Shown here: positions 33,517 to 45,252 of the stretch, piece after piece
How positions within the stretch are numbered: position 1 is the stretch's first letter
Layout of the letters: every line of letters starts with the position of its first letter
From: Scenedesmus sp. PABB004
Lineage: Eukaryota
Direction of reading: 5' to 3'
Assembly: GCA_014905635.1 (NCBI GenBank)
Contig: CM026548.1
Coordinates: forward strand, 124,001-188,000
Length of the DNA stretch: 64,000 nucleotides
Notes under the pieces: generated by a model
The model's input: only the letters and a program-made list of their open reading frames with translations
Databases searched by the model: none
What the model was told of the DNA's origin: nothing
Made by a program: the position numbers and the translations under genes

Positions 33517-36500
33517 TCACGCGCGCGCCGGCGCCGCCGCCGGCTTGGGCGCCGGCGGCGTGGCGAACGTCGCGAGGTACGCGTGCGCCGCCTTGACCTC
33601 GGCGCGCCGCTTGGAGCCGCCCCACTTGAGCTCCGCCGCCATGAGCTCCGCGACCTGCGCGCGGGGCCGCACCCGCCGCGGGCGCAGCGCCACGTGGGCG
33701 CGAGCGCGGCGCGCGGCGCGCGGCGCGCCCTCCCTCCCTCCCTCCGCGCGCCGCGCCCGCCCTCCCTCCCGCCGGCGCACCCGCGGCACCGCCGCCTGCG
33801 CGGCCTTGGCGTCCAGGAAGGCGAGGCGCGTGCGGCGCGCGAGGAAGTCGGTCACGCTCACGCAGTACTCCTGCCTGCGAGCCGCCAGGCCCGCCCCGGC
33901 ACAGCACGGCGCGCGTGGGACGCCGCGCTGCGCCGCCGCCAAGCCGCCGCCGCGGGCGCGCGCCGCCCCGCGCCGCGTGCGCGCGCGCTGCGCGGCGGGT
34001 GCTGCCGCCGCTGCTGCCGCTGTGACGCGCCCACCTGCACGCGTGCAGCACCTCTGCCTCAAGGTAGGGGTGCCCCTGCACCAGCAGCCCGCCCAGCTTC
34101 TCCGCCGCGGCGAGCGCGAGCACCTTTGGCGCCTGGTCGCCGTACGCGGCCGCGAGGTGCCGCGCGACCGGCGGGCTCGCGGCGGCGCTGCCCGGCAGCA
34201 GGCCGCTCGCCTGCTGCGCGACCTGCGGCGCCGCCGGTGGCGGCGGTGCGGCGCGCGTCAGCGCGACGCGGCGGCTCGCCACGCGGCGGCGCCCCGCCCC
34301 GGCGCCCCGCCGCCGCGCGCGCCGCCGCGTCACCTGCGCGGTCAGCGTGTTCGTGAAGCCGCGCGCGCCCAGCAGGCGCAGGTTGGGCGTCGCGCACTGG
34401 TGCGCCACGCTGAGCTTGCCCGTGGCGAGCGCGGCGTCGACCGCGTCCTGCGCCATGCGGCGGTACGTCGTCCACTTGCCGCCTGCGGCGCGGGGCGACG
34501 CGCGGAGGCGGAGTGCGGCGCGGAGGGGCCCGGCGCGTCAGCGCACCAGCGAGCGAGCGCGGCGGCGGGAGAGGCGGCGACGGGCCGGGGCGCTGCCCGC
34601 GTGTCGCACCGGTGATGGTGATGAGGCCGTTGGGCTCGCTGAAGATGACGTGGTCCCGGCTGATGCCCGCCGTGGCGCCGCCGGCGCCGGCGGTCGGGTC
34701 GGCCGCGAGCGGGCGGATGCCGCTCCACGTCGACAGCACGTCCTCGCGGCGCACCTGGCGGCGCGGCGCGCGCGGTCGCGCGGGTCGGCGGCGGCCGCGC
34801 GGGCGCGCCGCCGCCGCCGTCGCCCCGCGGCCCGCCGACTGACGCCCCCGGCGCTCCAGCCCCTCGAGCCCCTCCTGTCCTGTCTTACCCCCCTGCCCTG
34901 CACCCCTCCCTTAAACCCCGCTCCCCTGAACCCCCTCCCCTGAACCCTAACCACCCACGCACCGTGATGGCCAGGTAGTCGGCGATCGCGTCCAGTATGA
35001 ACGCCACGTCAGCGCCGCTCGCCGACGGCGCGTCGAGCACGCCGCACGGCGCGTCGGTCGTGCCCGCGATGACCGCGCCCTGGAAGGGCAGCAGGAACAC
35101 GACGCGCCCGTCCTGCGCGCGCACGCGGCGGTGGGCGCGGCGCGGCGGCGGCGTCGGCGCACGGCGCGCGGCGCACGTGGCAGCACCCCCCCCCTCCCCT
35201 GCCCCCCGCGCCGCGCCGCGCCGCGCCGCGCCGCGCCGCGCCGCGCCTTGGTCTTGGGCACGATCAGGCCGGTCCCCGCCGCGCCGTACCACTCGGGCAG
35301 GGTGACGTGCGCGCCGCTGCTCGCCGTGACCGCCGGCGCCGCGTTGGGCTCACCCAGGCGGCGCACGCTGTCCACGTATGGGCCTGCCGCGGCGGCAGGG
35401 GTGGCGCGGCCGGGGTGGCGCGGCGCGTGGGCGTGGGCGCGGCAGGCCCTGGCCCTCCCGCGGCGGCCGCCCCGGGGCGGCGCTGCGCCGCCGCGCGCGG
35501 CGCGCGCACCCGCGGCGTTGATGACGACCCGGGCGTGCACGTCAAACTTGCGCCCCGACTGCTTGTCGCGGCAGTGCGCGCCGACGACCTGCCCCGCCGC
35601 GTCCTGCAAGCGCGCGCGCGCGAACGCGGCGGCGGCGGCGGGGGGGCTCGGCGGGCGGCGCCCCCCGGGCCGCCTGCTGGCGCTGCCGCGGGCGTGCGGC
35701 GCGCCGCCGCACCCGGATGAGGCCGGTGGCCTCCACGTAGTTTGCGACCGCCGCGCCCGCCGCCGCGGCGGTGGTCGCGAGCGCCACGTTGAGCCGCGCG
35801 TCGTCAAAGGCGCCGTCATAATACAGAATCTGACGCGCCACCGCCGCGGCGGACGGCAGGCGGGCGGCAGGCAGGGAGGGAGGGAGGCGCGTCGCCGGGG
35901 GTGCGCGGCGGCCGCGGTGGCGGCGGGCCACGCGCGCTGCGCGGCGCGGGGCTGGCGCGCACCGCGCCCTTGAGGCTCGCGCCGCCGGGGCTGGCCTCCG
36001 CGAGCGTGGGCAGACGGCGCAGCGACTCGGCGGGCGGGAGGTACCTGCTCATTGCCAGGTTGCGACCCACTGGCGCACGGCACGGCACGGGTGGCGCGGG
36101 GCGGCGCGGCAGGCGGGTGGGCGCGCGTCGAGGCGGCGGGGGCGGAAGGGAGGGGGCGGCCGCGCGGCACTGCTGCGCTGGTAGCAGTAGAGCTGCGCGT
36201 CGGCGCCGCGGCAGCAGCAGCGGCGCTCACGCGCGACGAGGTCGTACGCCTTGAGCCCCGCCCAGTAGAAGGGGACCTCCCACCACTTGAAGCAGGGCAT
36301 GAGGATGGGCAGCGTGGACGTGAGGTGCGGCGCGTTGTCCAGCAGCGCGCGCCGCTCCTGCGGGGCGCGGCGCAGCGCGGGCGGCGGCGCAGCGCGCGCG
36401 GTCGGCCGCCTGCGCCGCGCGTCGCGCGCAGCGCGCGGCGCCCGTTGTCGCTGCCGCCGCGCCTGCAGGGCCTCGTAGACGAGCTTGAGCTGGCCCAGGT

Positions 36501-36949
36501 CGAGGCCGAAGACCGCCTTCTCCAGGTAGCGCACGCCGCCGTGCACGAGCTTGGTGCTCTTGCTGCTCGTCCCCGACCCAAAGTCGGCGCGCTCGATCAT
36601 CGCCGTGCGCAGGCCGCTGCGGCCGCGGCGGCGCGGCGGCAGCGGTTGCGGCCAGGCGCCACGGCGGCGCGGCGGTTGCCGGGGCCCGCCGCTGCTGCGC
36701 TGCGCCGCGCGCGCACCGCGTCGCGGCGTCGAGCGCGATGCCGGAGCCCGTCGCGCCGCCGCCGATGACGAGCAGGTCGAAGGGCGCGGCCCGGCTGGTG
36801 GACAGGGCCTTCACGTGCGCCGCGCGGCTGGGGAGGGCGGTGGCGAGCTGCACATCGCTGCCGTGCCCGTCGTCCGCGTTCAGCAGGATGCCGCCGCCCG
36901 CGCCGATGCCCAGCACGCCCAGCCAGGGCGCCAGCCGGCTGCTCAGCAT
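33517..36949 (-). CDS. SDP6: Mitochondrial FAD-dependent glycerol-3-phosphate dehydrogenase, SDP6/GUT2 (~14 exons)
   Basis: DLLVIGGGATGSGIALDAATR, GTSSKSTKLVHGGVRYL, YYDGAFDDARLN, INAAGPY, DGRVVFLLP, WSGIRPL, ITGGKWTTYRRMA, DFLARRTRL. GC-AG introns at 35113-35246 and 36358-36462. Confidence 0.96.
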
Positions 36950-37270
36950 GGCGAGCGAGCTGGCGCGCGGCGAGCGAGCGGGGTGTCGGTTGCGAGAGCC
37001 CGAGCGCCTGCGCCTGGCGCCTGGGGCCGCCCGCGCTCCGTGCGATCGCGGGGAGGACGAGGCGAGACACGTGCCGCGACCGAGGAGGCCGGCGCCACGG
37101 CCGACAGTCCCCGCATGCGCCGCGCAGCCTCCAGGGTCTGCCGCTGCTGTTCTGCTGCCGCGCGTGCTCGTCCCTGCGCCAGCCCTCCCTCCACCGCTCG
37201 GTGCTGGCAGACCCTCCCGCACGTTCCCTCGGAGCGGCACGCCAGCGCCCCACGCCTGGCGCAGCACAGG

Positions 37271-38177
37271 ATGCTGGCGCGCGCCACGCGGGCCTGCCCG
37301 CGCGCAGGCCGCCCCACGGCCGTCCCCCGGCCGCAGCGGGCGCTGTCAGCTTCCGTGCCGCGGCGGCGGCAGCTGCTGCGCGCCAGCGCAGGTGCGGGGG
37401 CGCCGCAAAAGCAGCAGCGGCCTCCCCGGCCCCCTGCGCCGCGGTCGGGGTCCGCGGCGCTCCTCACGCGTGGGACTACGGCCACAACGCGCCACGCCGG
37501 ACGGGCGGCGGCCCATGCGCGCCGCCGACCGCGCGACCCGCCGCCGACCGCGCGACGCGCTGCTGCTGCGCCGTGCGCCGCCGAGCGCGTGGCCGCCGAC
37601 CGCGCGACCCGCTGCTGCGCCGACCGCGCCCGCCGCCCGCGCCCGCTCCCCCACCCGCCGCCCGCAGACGCGGCGGCGCCCCCCGCGCCGGCGGTGGCGC
37701 CGCAGGAGGCGATCACGCTGACCGACGCCGCGCTCGCGCACATCCGCAAGATGCGCGCCGAGGCGGGCGGCGAGGCGCTGCTGCTGCGCGTCGGCGTGAA
37801 GCAGGGCGGCTGCAGCGGCCTCTCCTACGTGATGGACTTTGAGGCGGAGGCCAACCTCGCGGTGCGGCGCCACCAGCGCGCGCGTCGCGCGACCCGCGCG
37901 GCGGCCCAGCGGCGCGTCGCGCGCCGCGCGAGCGGCTCCGTCGCCCCCCGCCGACGGCGGCCGCCCTGGCGCTCTGCTGCTGCCGGCCCCGACGGTGCAG
38001 GCCGACGACTACGTCATCCAGCACGAGGGCTTCAAGCTCGCGGTCGACCCGAAGAGCCTGCTTTACCTGTTTGGCCTGCGGCTCGATTTTAGCGACGCGC
38101 TCATCGGCGGCGGCTTCCAGTTCCACAACCCCAACAGCACGGACGCGTGCGGCTGCGGCAAGAGCTTCGGCGTGTGA
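37271..38177 (+). CDS. Plastid A-type Fe-S cluster carrier protein IscA/SufA (3 exons)
   Basis: Transit peptide; ITLTDAA, LRVGVKQGGCSGLSY, DPKSLLYLFG, DALIGGGF, CGCGKSF. Confidence 0.95.
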
Positions 38178-38572
38178 GGGCTGGCCGCCGCTGTCGAGAG
38201 CGCACGCGCTGCAGCAGCAGCGCCCGCAGCGCGCGGCGAGAACCCAACCCGTGTACAACAGAGCCGGCGGCGGTGCAACGAGCCGGAGGGCGGCCGCCCG
38301 GCCGCGATCAGCCGACCGCGAGGCAAGCCCGGCCGCCCGACTGCCCGCCGCTCAAACTCGAGCTCACGCTCCCCGCGCGCCCGCATGCGCCGCCGCACTC
38401 CACGCGCGCGTCACTCGCCGAGTGCAGCTTCACACGCGTGGCCCGCGCGACGGGCGCGCACGCCCGCGCCGCAGCAGTCGTCGCAGCGCGCGGGCGCCCC
38501 GCCCGGGGCCGCTCCAGCGCGCCGCCCCGCGCGGCTCTTTGTCCCGCGGTAGCGGCGGTGGTGCCTCCCACC

Positions 38573-40997
38573 ATGGAGGCCAAGGCCGCCGACGGCGCGC
38601 CTGGGGGGATGAGCGAGGAAGACAAATTTGCGGAGCGCCGGCGAGACGTGCTGGTGCTCGTGCTGCGCTTCCTGGTCGACTGTGGCTTCCCCGCCGCCTA
38701 CCAGACGCTCGTCGGCGAGGCGGGCGTGAGCCTGGAGCAGGTGCGCGGCGCGGCGCGGCGGGCGGTCGAGTCGCCGCCGCTGCTGCGCGCGCGCGCGCGC
38801 CGCGCCGCGGGCGGCGGCGCCGCGGCCGCCCCGCCGCGCCCGGGGCCGTGGGCCACGCGTCCTGCCAGGCTCCGGGGGCAGCGCCGCCGCGCCGGCGCCG
38901 CCGCGCATCGACGCCGGCGCTGCGCGCCCTGCAGGCGGACGCGGCGGACAACATCGACCTCATGACCATCGTGCAGGAGTTTGTGGACTTTTACTTCACG
39001 CGCTTTGGCCGCTACCCGAAGCTCATCCGCCACAACACCTGGGCGCCGCCGCCGGCGAGCCTGGCGGTGCGCGTGCGCGGCGCGCGCGTGCGCACGCGCG
39101 CGCCTGTGCGCGCGGCCCGGCCCGGCCCGGCCCGGCCCTCACGCGCGCCCACGCGCCTCGCTGCCCGCCGGCCCCGCCCGCGCGCCGCAGATGCTGATGC
39201 TGCAGGCGCAGCAGCAGCAGGCGCAGGCGCAGCCGCAGCAGGCGGAGGCGGCCGTGGCGGGCGCGGCCGTGCTGCAGGCGGTCTCTGCCGCAGCAGCCGC
39301 CGCCGCCGCTGCGGCCCAGCAGCAGCTGCCGCTGCCGGAGGGCCCCGGCGGCTGCCCCGCGCTGCTCATGGCGCAGCCCGCGATCGCGGCGCTCCCGCCG
39401 GGCGCGCTGCCGCCGCCGGCGCTCTGCGGCGGCATGTTCGCGCCGCCGCCACCTGCCTCGCTGCCCATGCCCGCGTCGCTGTCGGCCGGCAGCGACTGCA
39501 GCATGCAGCTCAGCGCCACGCCGCGCGGCCAGCCGTGCGCGGTGCAGAGCGTGGCGCACGCGCCCGCGGCCGCCGCGGGCTCGCCGCTCGACGCGCCGCT
39601 GGTGGCGGTGCGGGTCAAGGACGAGTCGCCAGAGTCGGCGACGCAGCACGCGCCGCAGCGGGCGCTGCAGGACGCGCTGCAGCGACCGCAGGAGCCGCAG
39701 GGCGCGGCGCCGGGCGCGCGGGGCGGCGTGCTGAGCGGCAGGCCGCTGCAGCAGCAGCCGCAGCTGGCGGCGGCGCAGGTGCAGGCGCAGCAGCTGGACG
39801 CACAGCACGCGCAGCCGCCGCCAGCGCCCTACCCGCACCCGACCTACGCCCAAGGCACCACGTACAAGCTGGGCCCGCCGCTGGTGGAGGGGCCGCTGTC
39901 GCAGGTGCGCACGCAGCGGCTGCCGCGCCGCCGCGCCGCGGGGGAGGGGGGAGGGGGCACCTGGCCCGGCGTGCTGGGCGCTCACTCACGCCTGCGCGCC
40001 CCCGCCCGCGCCCGCGCGTCAGGACGGCCTCGTCGCGGTGCTGTCGGCGGTGCAGCCCGGCGCGGCGCCGAGCCGGCACCTGTCGTTCCGCATCCCCGCG
40101 CGCCCCAAGGCGGCCAAGCGCAGCGACCGCCTCGCCGCGAGCGAGGTGCAGGAGGAGGCGATGTACGCGCTGGTCGGCTGTGCCGACGTGGGCTGGAGCG
40201 CGCGCAACATCAGCCCCGCGACGCGCGCGTTCCTGGAGGCCCACTACGGCATTGACCGCGGCCTCGTGACGACGTTCTTCAAGAACCGCAGCCAGCGGCG
40301 GCCCCACAACCCGCTGGAGGGCCAGACGGGCGTCATCCTGCCGGGCAAGCGCCGCAGCGCGACCGCCGGAGCGGCCGGCCCGCAGCCGGGCGGCGGCGGC
40401 GGCGGCGGCGCGCAGCCGGGCGGCGGCGGCGGGGCCAAGGCGCCCAGCCGCGGCGGCGGCGGCCCCACCGGCAAGCGCAAGAAGGCGCGCGGCGCGTCGC
40501 ACGCGGCCGGCGGCGCGGCGGGCGCGCGGGCGCCCGGGGCGGAGCTGCCGCCTCTGCAGCTGCCGGGCCTGCCCAGCCTGGCGCCGGCGGCGCGCGTGGG
40601 GCTGCCGGGCGGCGCGGACGCGGACCCGCAGCCGGGCGCGGCGCAGCAGCAGGAGCTGGGCGCGGCAGGCGCGGCGGCCGCGGCGGCGCCGCACGCCCCG
40701 CCGCCCATCGCGACGGCGCAGCCGCTGACGCCGCTGGGGCTGCCCGTGTCGCCGCTGACCTGCGGCGCGGGCGGCGGCGGCGCGGGCAGCGGCGGCGCGA
40801 GCTACGCGGCCCTGCTTGGCTTCCCGGGCCTGGCCAGCCCCCCCGGCGGCCAGGGCGGCCTGGCGGGCCTCGCCGGCGCGATGAGCCTGCCGGCCGGCCT
40901 CGACGGCGACCTCGCTGACGAGCTCGACGCGGCGGCGGCCGACATCGTGCTCGCCGGCGGCGGGCTGTGCTCGCCCTGCGCCGGCTTCAGCGCCTGA
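38573..40997 (+). CDS. Protein with an N-terminal KATNAL2-like LisH module and a C-terminal homeodomain-like region (4 exons)
   Basis: ERRRDVLVLVLRFLVDCGFPAAYQTLVGEAG...ADNIDLMTIVQEFVDFYFTRFGRYPKL; later AKRSDRL...QEEAMYAL...VGW...YGIDRGLVTTFFKNRSQRR; NLS-like KRKKAR. Confidence 0.7.
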
Positions 40998-41254
40998 CGC
41001 GCGCGGCCGGGGCGCGCCGCGGGGCGCGGGACGCTCAACCCCCTGGGGGCGCGCCGCCTGCTTGTACAGTGTGTGTGGCGTGCGCCGTGCGCCCTCGGCG
41101 TGTACAGCCGGCGTCGCATGCGGGGGCGGTCAAACAGGGCGGGGCGGTGCGCGCTGTGCAAGCGTGGCGGCTGAACTTGGCCTCGGGGGGGGGGGGGGGG
41201 AGTGGGTCGGGGCGCGGCCGGGTCAGGACGGGCGCAAGTGATGCGTTGACCGCA

Positions 41255-41259
41255 TGTAA
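41255..41259 (+). terminator. Putative poly(A) signal TGTAA for the LisH gene
   Basis: About 260 nt downstream of the stop. Confidence 0.5.
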
Positions 41260-41462
41260 CACACGCAATAACGGTCCGCCCCGCCGCACGAGCGCGACAG
41301 TCACGTGCCGCGCCCGTCTCCCGGGCGTGTCGGAGCGCCGAAACGCGGCCGAGCCTCTGGTCAACGCCGCCGCCCGCGCCGGTCAACGCGCTGCCGCCGC
41401 TGTCGCGCCGCAGCGCGCCGCCCTCGAACTGGCACAAAGCAGCGCCACAAACGCCACGAGCC

Positions 41463-42749
41463 ATGGAGACGCATGCCAGCACAACTGTGGCGCTGGCGTT
41501 TGGGGCGCGGCAGCTGCCGAAGCTCGTGGAGGCGCTCGAGCTGCCCGCGGAGGCGCTCCCCCAGCCGGAGCGCGCGCGTGCGCTGGCGCTGCTGCTGGGC
41601 GGCCTCGCGGCGCCGGAGGCCAAAGTGCAGGCGGTGCAGGCTGGCGCGCTGCCGCCGCTGCTCACCTGGCTGGCGCATCCGGCCAGCAGCGACGGCGTCG
41701 CGCGCGCGGCGTGCGCGTGCATCGCGAGCATCGCCGCGCTCCGCCAGGGCCGCGCCGCGCTCGCGGACGCGGGCGGCGTGGCGGTGCTCACCGCGGCGCT
41801 CGCGACGGTGCCCGACTCGGCGGCCGCCGCGCTCCGGGTGCGCGAGCGGCGGGGGCTGGGCGGGTGCCGCCCGCCGCGCGGCGCCAGTGCGCGCGCTGCG
41901 TGCACGCGGCGGCGCGCTGCCCACGCCGCCGCCGTCGGCGCGCGCGCAGGTGCTGGCGAGCTCTGCCGACGGCGCCGCCGCGCTGCGCGCGTCGCCCGTC
42001 GCGGTCACAGCGGCGCTGGTGGGGCTGGCGGGCGCGCCGGGCAGCACCCACGCGGCCGCCGCCGACGCGTGTGCCTGCCTCGCCGACCTCTGCCGCGGCG
42101 ACGAGGGCGCGTGCCTCGAGGCGCTGGCCTGCGAGGCACCCGCGTGCCTGGCGGCGCTGGCCGGGCGCGCGCTGCGCCACGGCAGCGCGCCCGCTGGCGG
42201 CACGGGCCCAGGCCTGCTGCACGGCGCGGTGCGAGCGCTGCTCTCCATCGCCCAGCACGGCGGGCCCGGCCGGGCGCATCTGCGCGAGGCGGGCTGCATC
42301 GCGGTGCTGGCGCGCGCGCTGGGCTCGCCGGACGGCGCCGCGCAGAGCGTCGCGGCCGCCTGCCTCGCGGCGCTGAGCATCGACGCGGACAGCAAGCTCC
42401 CGGTCATGGTGGAGGCGGGGCCGGCGCTGATCGCGCTGCTGCGCGGCGGGCCCCGGTGAGCGAGCGGCGCGCGCGCGGCGCCGCGCCGCACCACTGCGTG
42501 AGGACGGCCGCACCACGGCGCGGGGTCGTCCCCGACGCAGCCGTGACACCGAGCGTTCGCCACCGCCGCCGCCGCCGGCAGGGCGCCGCGCGGTCCGCGC
42601 GGTCCGCGCTCACGTGCGCCGCGGAGGACCTGCACGCGCGGCGCAAGCTGGAGCTCGCGCTCGGCCGCGAGCTGGCGGTGCTGCTCGGCCCGCTCCCCGC
42701 GCCGCCGCCCGACTACCACACGCTGGTGTGGAGCGCGGCCGACGGCTGA
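41463..42749 (+). CDS. Armadillo-repeat protein, radial spoke protein 14 (RSP14/RSPH14)-like (3 exons; phase conflict at the last intron)
   Basis: VALAFGARQLPKLVEAL resembles the RSPH14 N-terminus; ARM repeats such as AVQAGALPPLLTWL and LREAGCIAVLARAL. Confidence 0.65.
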   Translation: METHASTTVALAFGARQLPKLVEALELPAEALPQPERARALALLLGGLAAPEAKVQAVQAGALPPLLTWLAHPASSDGVARAACACIASIAALRQGRAALADAGGVAVLTAALATVPDSAAAALRVRERRGLGGCRPPRGASARAACTRRRAAHAAAVGARAGAGELCRRRRRAARVARRGHSGAGGAGGRAGQHPRGRRRRVCLPRRPLPRRRGRVPRGAGLRGTRVPGGAGRARAAPRQRARWRHGPRPAARRGASAALHRPARRARPGASARGGLHRGAGARAGLAGRRRAERRGRLPRGAEHRRGQQAPGHGGGGAGADRAAARRAPVSERRARGAAPHHCVRTAAPRRGVVPDAAVTPSVRHRRRRRQGAARSARSALTCAAEDLHARRKLELALGRELAVLLGPLPAPPPDYHTLVWSAADG

Positions 42750-42792
42750 CTGCCCGCGCCGCGGGGGCTGGTCGGGTTGGCGGTCGGGGCGG

Positions 42793-42827
42793 GGGCAGGG
42801 CAGGGCAGGGCAGGGCAGGGCAGGGCA
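42793..42827. repeat. (GGGCA)n microsatellite in the 84-bp gap between two convergent stop codons
   Basis: About 7 units visible. Confidence 0.9.
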
Positions 42828-42833
42828 CAACTG

Positions 42834-43448
42834 TTACGGCTTGATGACCACGGTGCAGGGCCCGGCGATGTCGGACGGCTCGCGCACAAGCACCAGCCCC
42901 TCGACCTCGTCCCTGCTCGCCGTCGGCAGTCGGCCGCGGCGCTGCGCGGCGCCTTGGCTCGACAGGCTGCCCCCAGCTGCAGAGACGCCCGACAGGCCGC
43001 CCTCCAGCGGCTTCCCCGCCTCGGCCGCGCTGTCGCTGCGCCCCGGGCCGCCGCCAGCCACGCGCGCCGCCGGCGTCTGCGCGGCGCGCCGCCGGCCGCA
43101 GCGCAGCAGCGCCGCCCACGCGAGCGAGACGAGCCAGCCCGCGCCGACGAGGCCGGCGCAGATCGCAAACATGATCTGCCCGCCCAGCCGGCCCATGAGC
43201 AGCCCGCCGAGCAGGCTGCCCACGCCCTGGCCGATGCCCACGTAGGTCGCCTGGAAGATGCCCTGCATCGTCGCCTGCAGCCCGTGCTGCGCGAGCTGCT
43301 TGCTCTTGATCGTCCCCGCGCCCCACCCCGCCGCGTACGTCGCGCCGTGCAGCAGCTGCACCGGCAGCACCGTCCAGGGGCTGCCCCTGGGGTTGGGTTC
43401 GAGGCGCGCGCCGGGCGGCGGGGGCAGGGCGGCGCGCGTCAGCATGCC

Positions 43449-43518
<70 letters not shown>

Positions 43519-45252
43519 GCGCGCGCGCGCGCGCTGTGAGAGCCAGCGGCCGCCGCGGCGCGCACCAGAGCGGGAGCAGTGCGTAGCAGGCAAGGCGCAC
43601 GCTGTAGGTGATGACGCTGATGTGGATGAGGGCGTCGAGGCTGATGAAGCGCAGTATCTCCTTCTGGTAGTGGAACGCAGGGAACTCGGCGATGCAGTCC
43701 ACCTGGAGGCCAGGGGCCGGGGGAGGGTTTAGGCGGCGACCAGCGCAGCGCCGGCGGCGGCACTGCGCATGCGGCCCGCCCGCGCGCGTCGGCGCCGCGG
43801 CCCGCGCGCGCGCGCGGGGGCCTGTGGGTGCGCACCCCAAGCGCCCGCGCCGCGCAGCGCACCGTGATGCTGAGGCCCATGAGCAGCGCCGACGCGCCCA
43901 TCTCCTGCAAGAGGATGAAGAGGTATGACTGGTAGATCCCCAGGCCAAAGCCCTGCAGCATGCTCTGCCACAGGAACAGCCACACCTCGCCCGAGCTCAG
44001 CAGCAGGCGCAGCTTGCCGGAGAACGACAGCGACGCGGCGGCCCGCGCGCGCGCCGCCGCGTCGTCGCGCACCTCGCCGCGCGGCGGCGGCGGCTCGGCC
44101 GACATCACCGCGTCCACGCCGGCGCTGCCGCAGCTGCTGCTGCAGCTGCCACCGCCGCACGCGCGGGGCGGCTGCTCCGCGTCGCCCTTGCCCCCCGGCA
44201 GCGCGGCTTGGCTGGCGCTGCCATGCTCCGCCCCCTGCTGCTCCGCCAGCTCCTCCTTGTGCGCCTGCTCCTCCTTTTGCTCAGAAGCATGCTGCTGCTG
44301 CTTGGTCGCGCCAAACCTCATCACCCACGACGCCGCCACGCAGGGTGCGGTGATGATGGCGCTGGTGAAGAACCCCGCGGCCATGCCCCAGCGGCTGATG
44401 ATCGCGCCCGCCGCGCTGCTCCAGCCGCCCCAGCCCAGCGCGCCCCTGCGGCGGCCGGCGCGGCGCGGCGCGGCGCGTCGCGGCGGCGCGGCCCGCGCCC
44501 GCCCGCGCTGGGGCGGGCTCCAGGCGCCCCACGCGCGCCCCGCCCACGCCCGCCCCGTGCGCGCGCCGCAGCTGCCGCCGCCGCACCACGCCCGAATCTT
44601 GCCGTAGTCCCCGTCGGCCTCGCAGTTGGACATGACGATGGCGTCGCACATCACTGCCGCGCGGCGCGCGCGCAGCCACGCGGTGATGTGCGGCGCCGCG
44701 GCTGCCGGGCGGCGCGGCGGGCACGCGCGCGCGCGCCGTGCCGTGCCGCGCGCCCCGCAGCACGCGTCGCGCCGCAGCGCAGCACGCGTCGCACCCGTGA
44801 CGGGCGAGGTGACAAACTGGTTGGCGATGACGAGCGCGAGGAAGCCGCCAAAGCCGCTGACCCACACGAGCCCGAGCCGCGACGCCGTCGACGCGACGAG
44901 CACGGCCGCGAGGATCGCGCGGTGCGCGGACAGGCGGTCGGCGGCGGCGGACCACATGAACGACGACGGCACCGACACCCACTGCCGCGCCGCGGAGATG
45001 ACACCGATCTGGGCATCGCTAAGGCCGCGCTGCTTGAAGTAGACGTTGAAGTAGGGCGTGATGGACGCCAGCCCCGCCCTGGACGGACGCGCGGCGCGCG
45101 GACGCGGCGGCGGCGCGTGACGCGGCGCGGCGCGGGGTCGCCGCGCGCGGTGCGGCTTCGAACTGGGGCTGCTGCGGCCACGGCTGCTGCGCCGCGCACC
45201 AGTAGAAGGTGTACCAGACCTTCCCCAGCAGGTAAAAGTGCTTGGTCTGCAT
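42834..45252 (-). CDS. MFS transporter, MFSD6 / MFS_1-like (~6 exons)
   Basis: PYFNVYFKQRGLSDAQIG, WSAAADR, YGKIRAWGALGWG, AEFPAFHY, PWTVLPVQLLHG, ATMQGIFQATYVGIGQGVGSLLGG. Confidence 0.9.
43449..43515. repeat. (GCG)~22 intronic trinucleotide microsatellite
   Basis: Perfect run inside an intron of the MFS gene. Confidence 0.95.
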
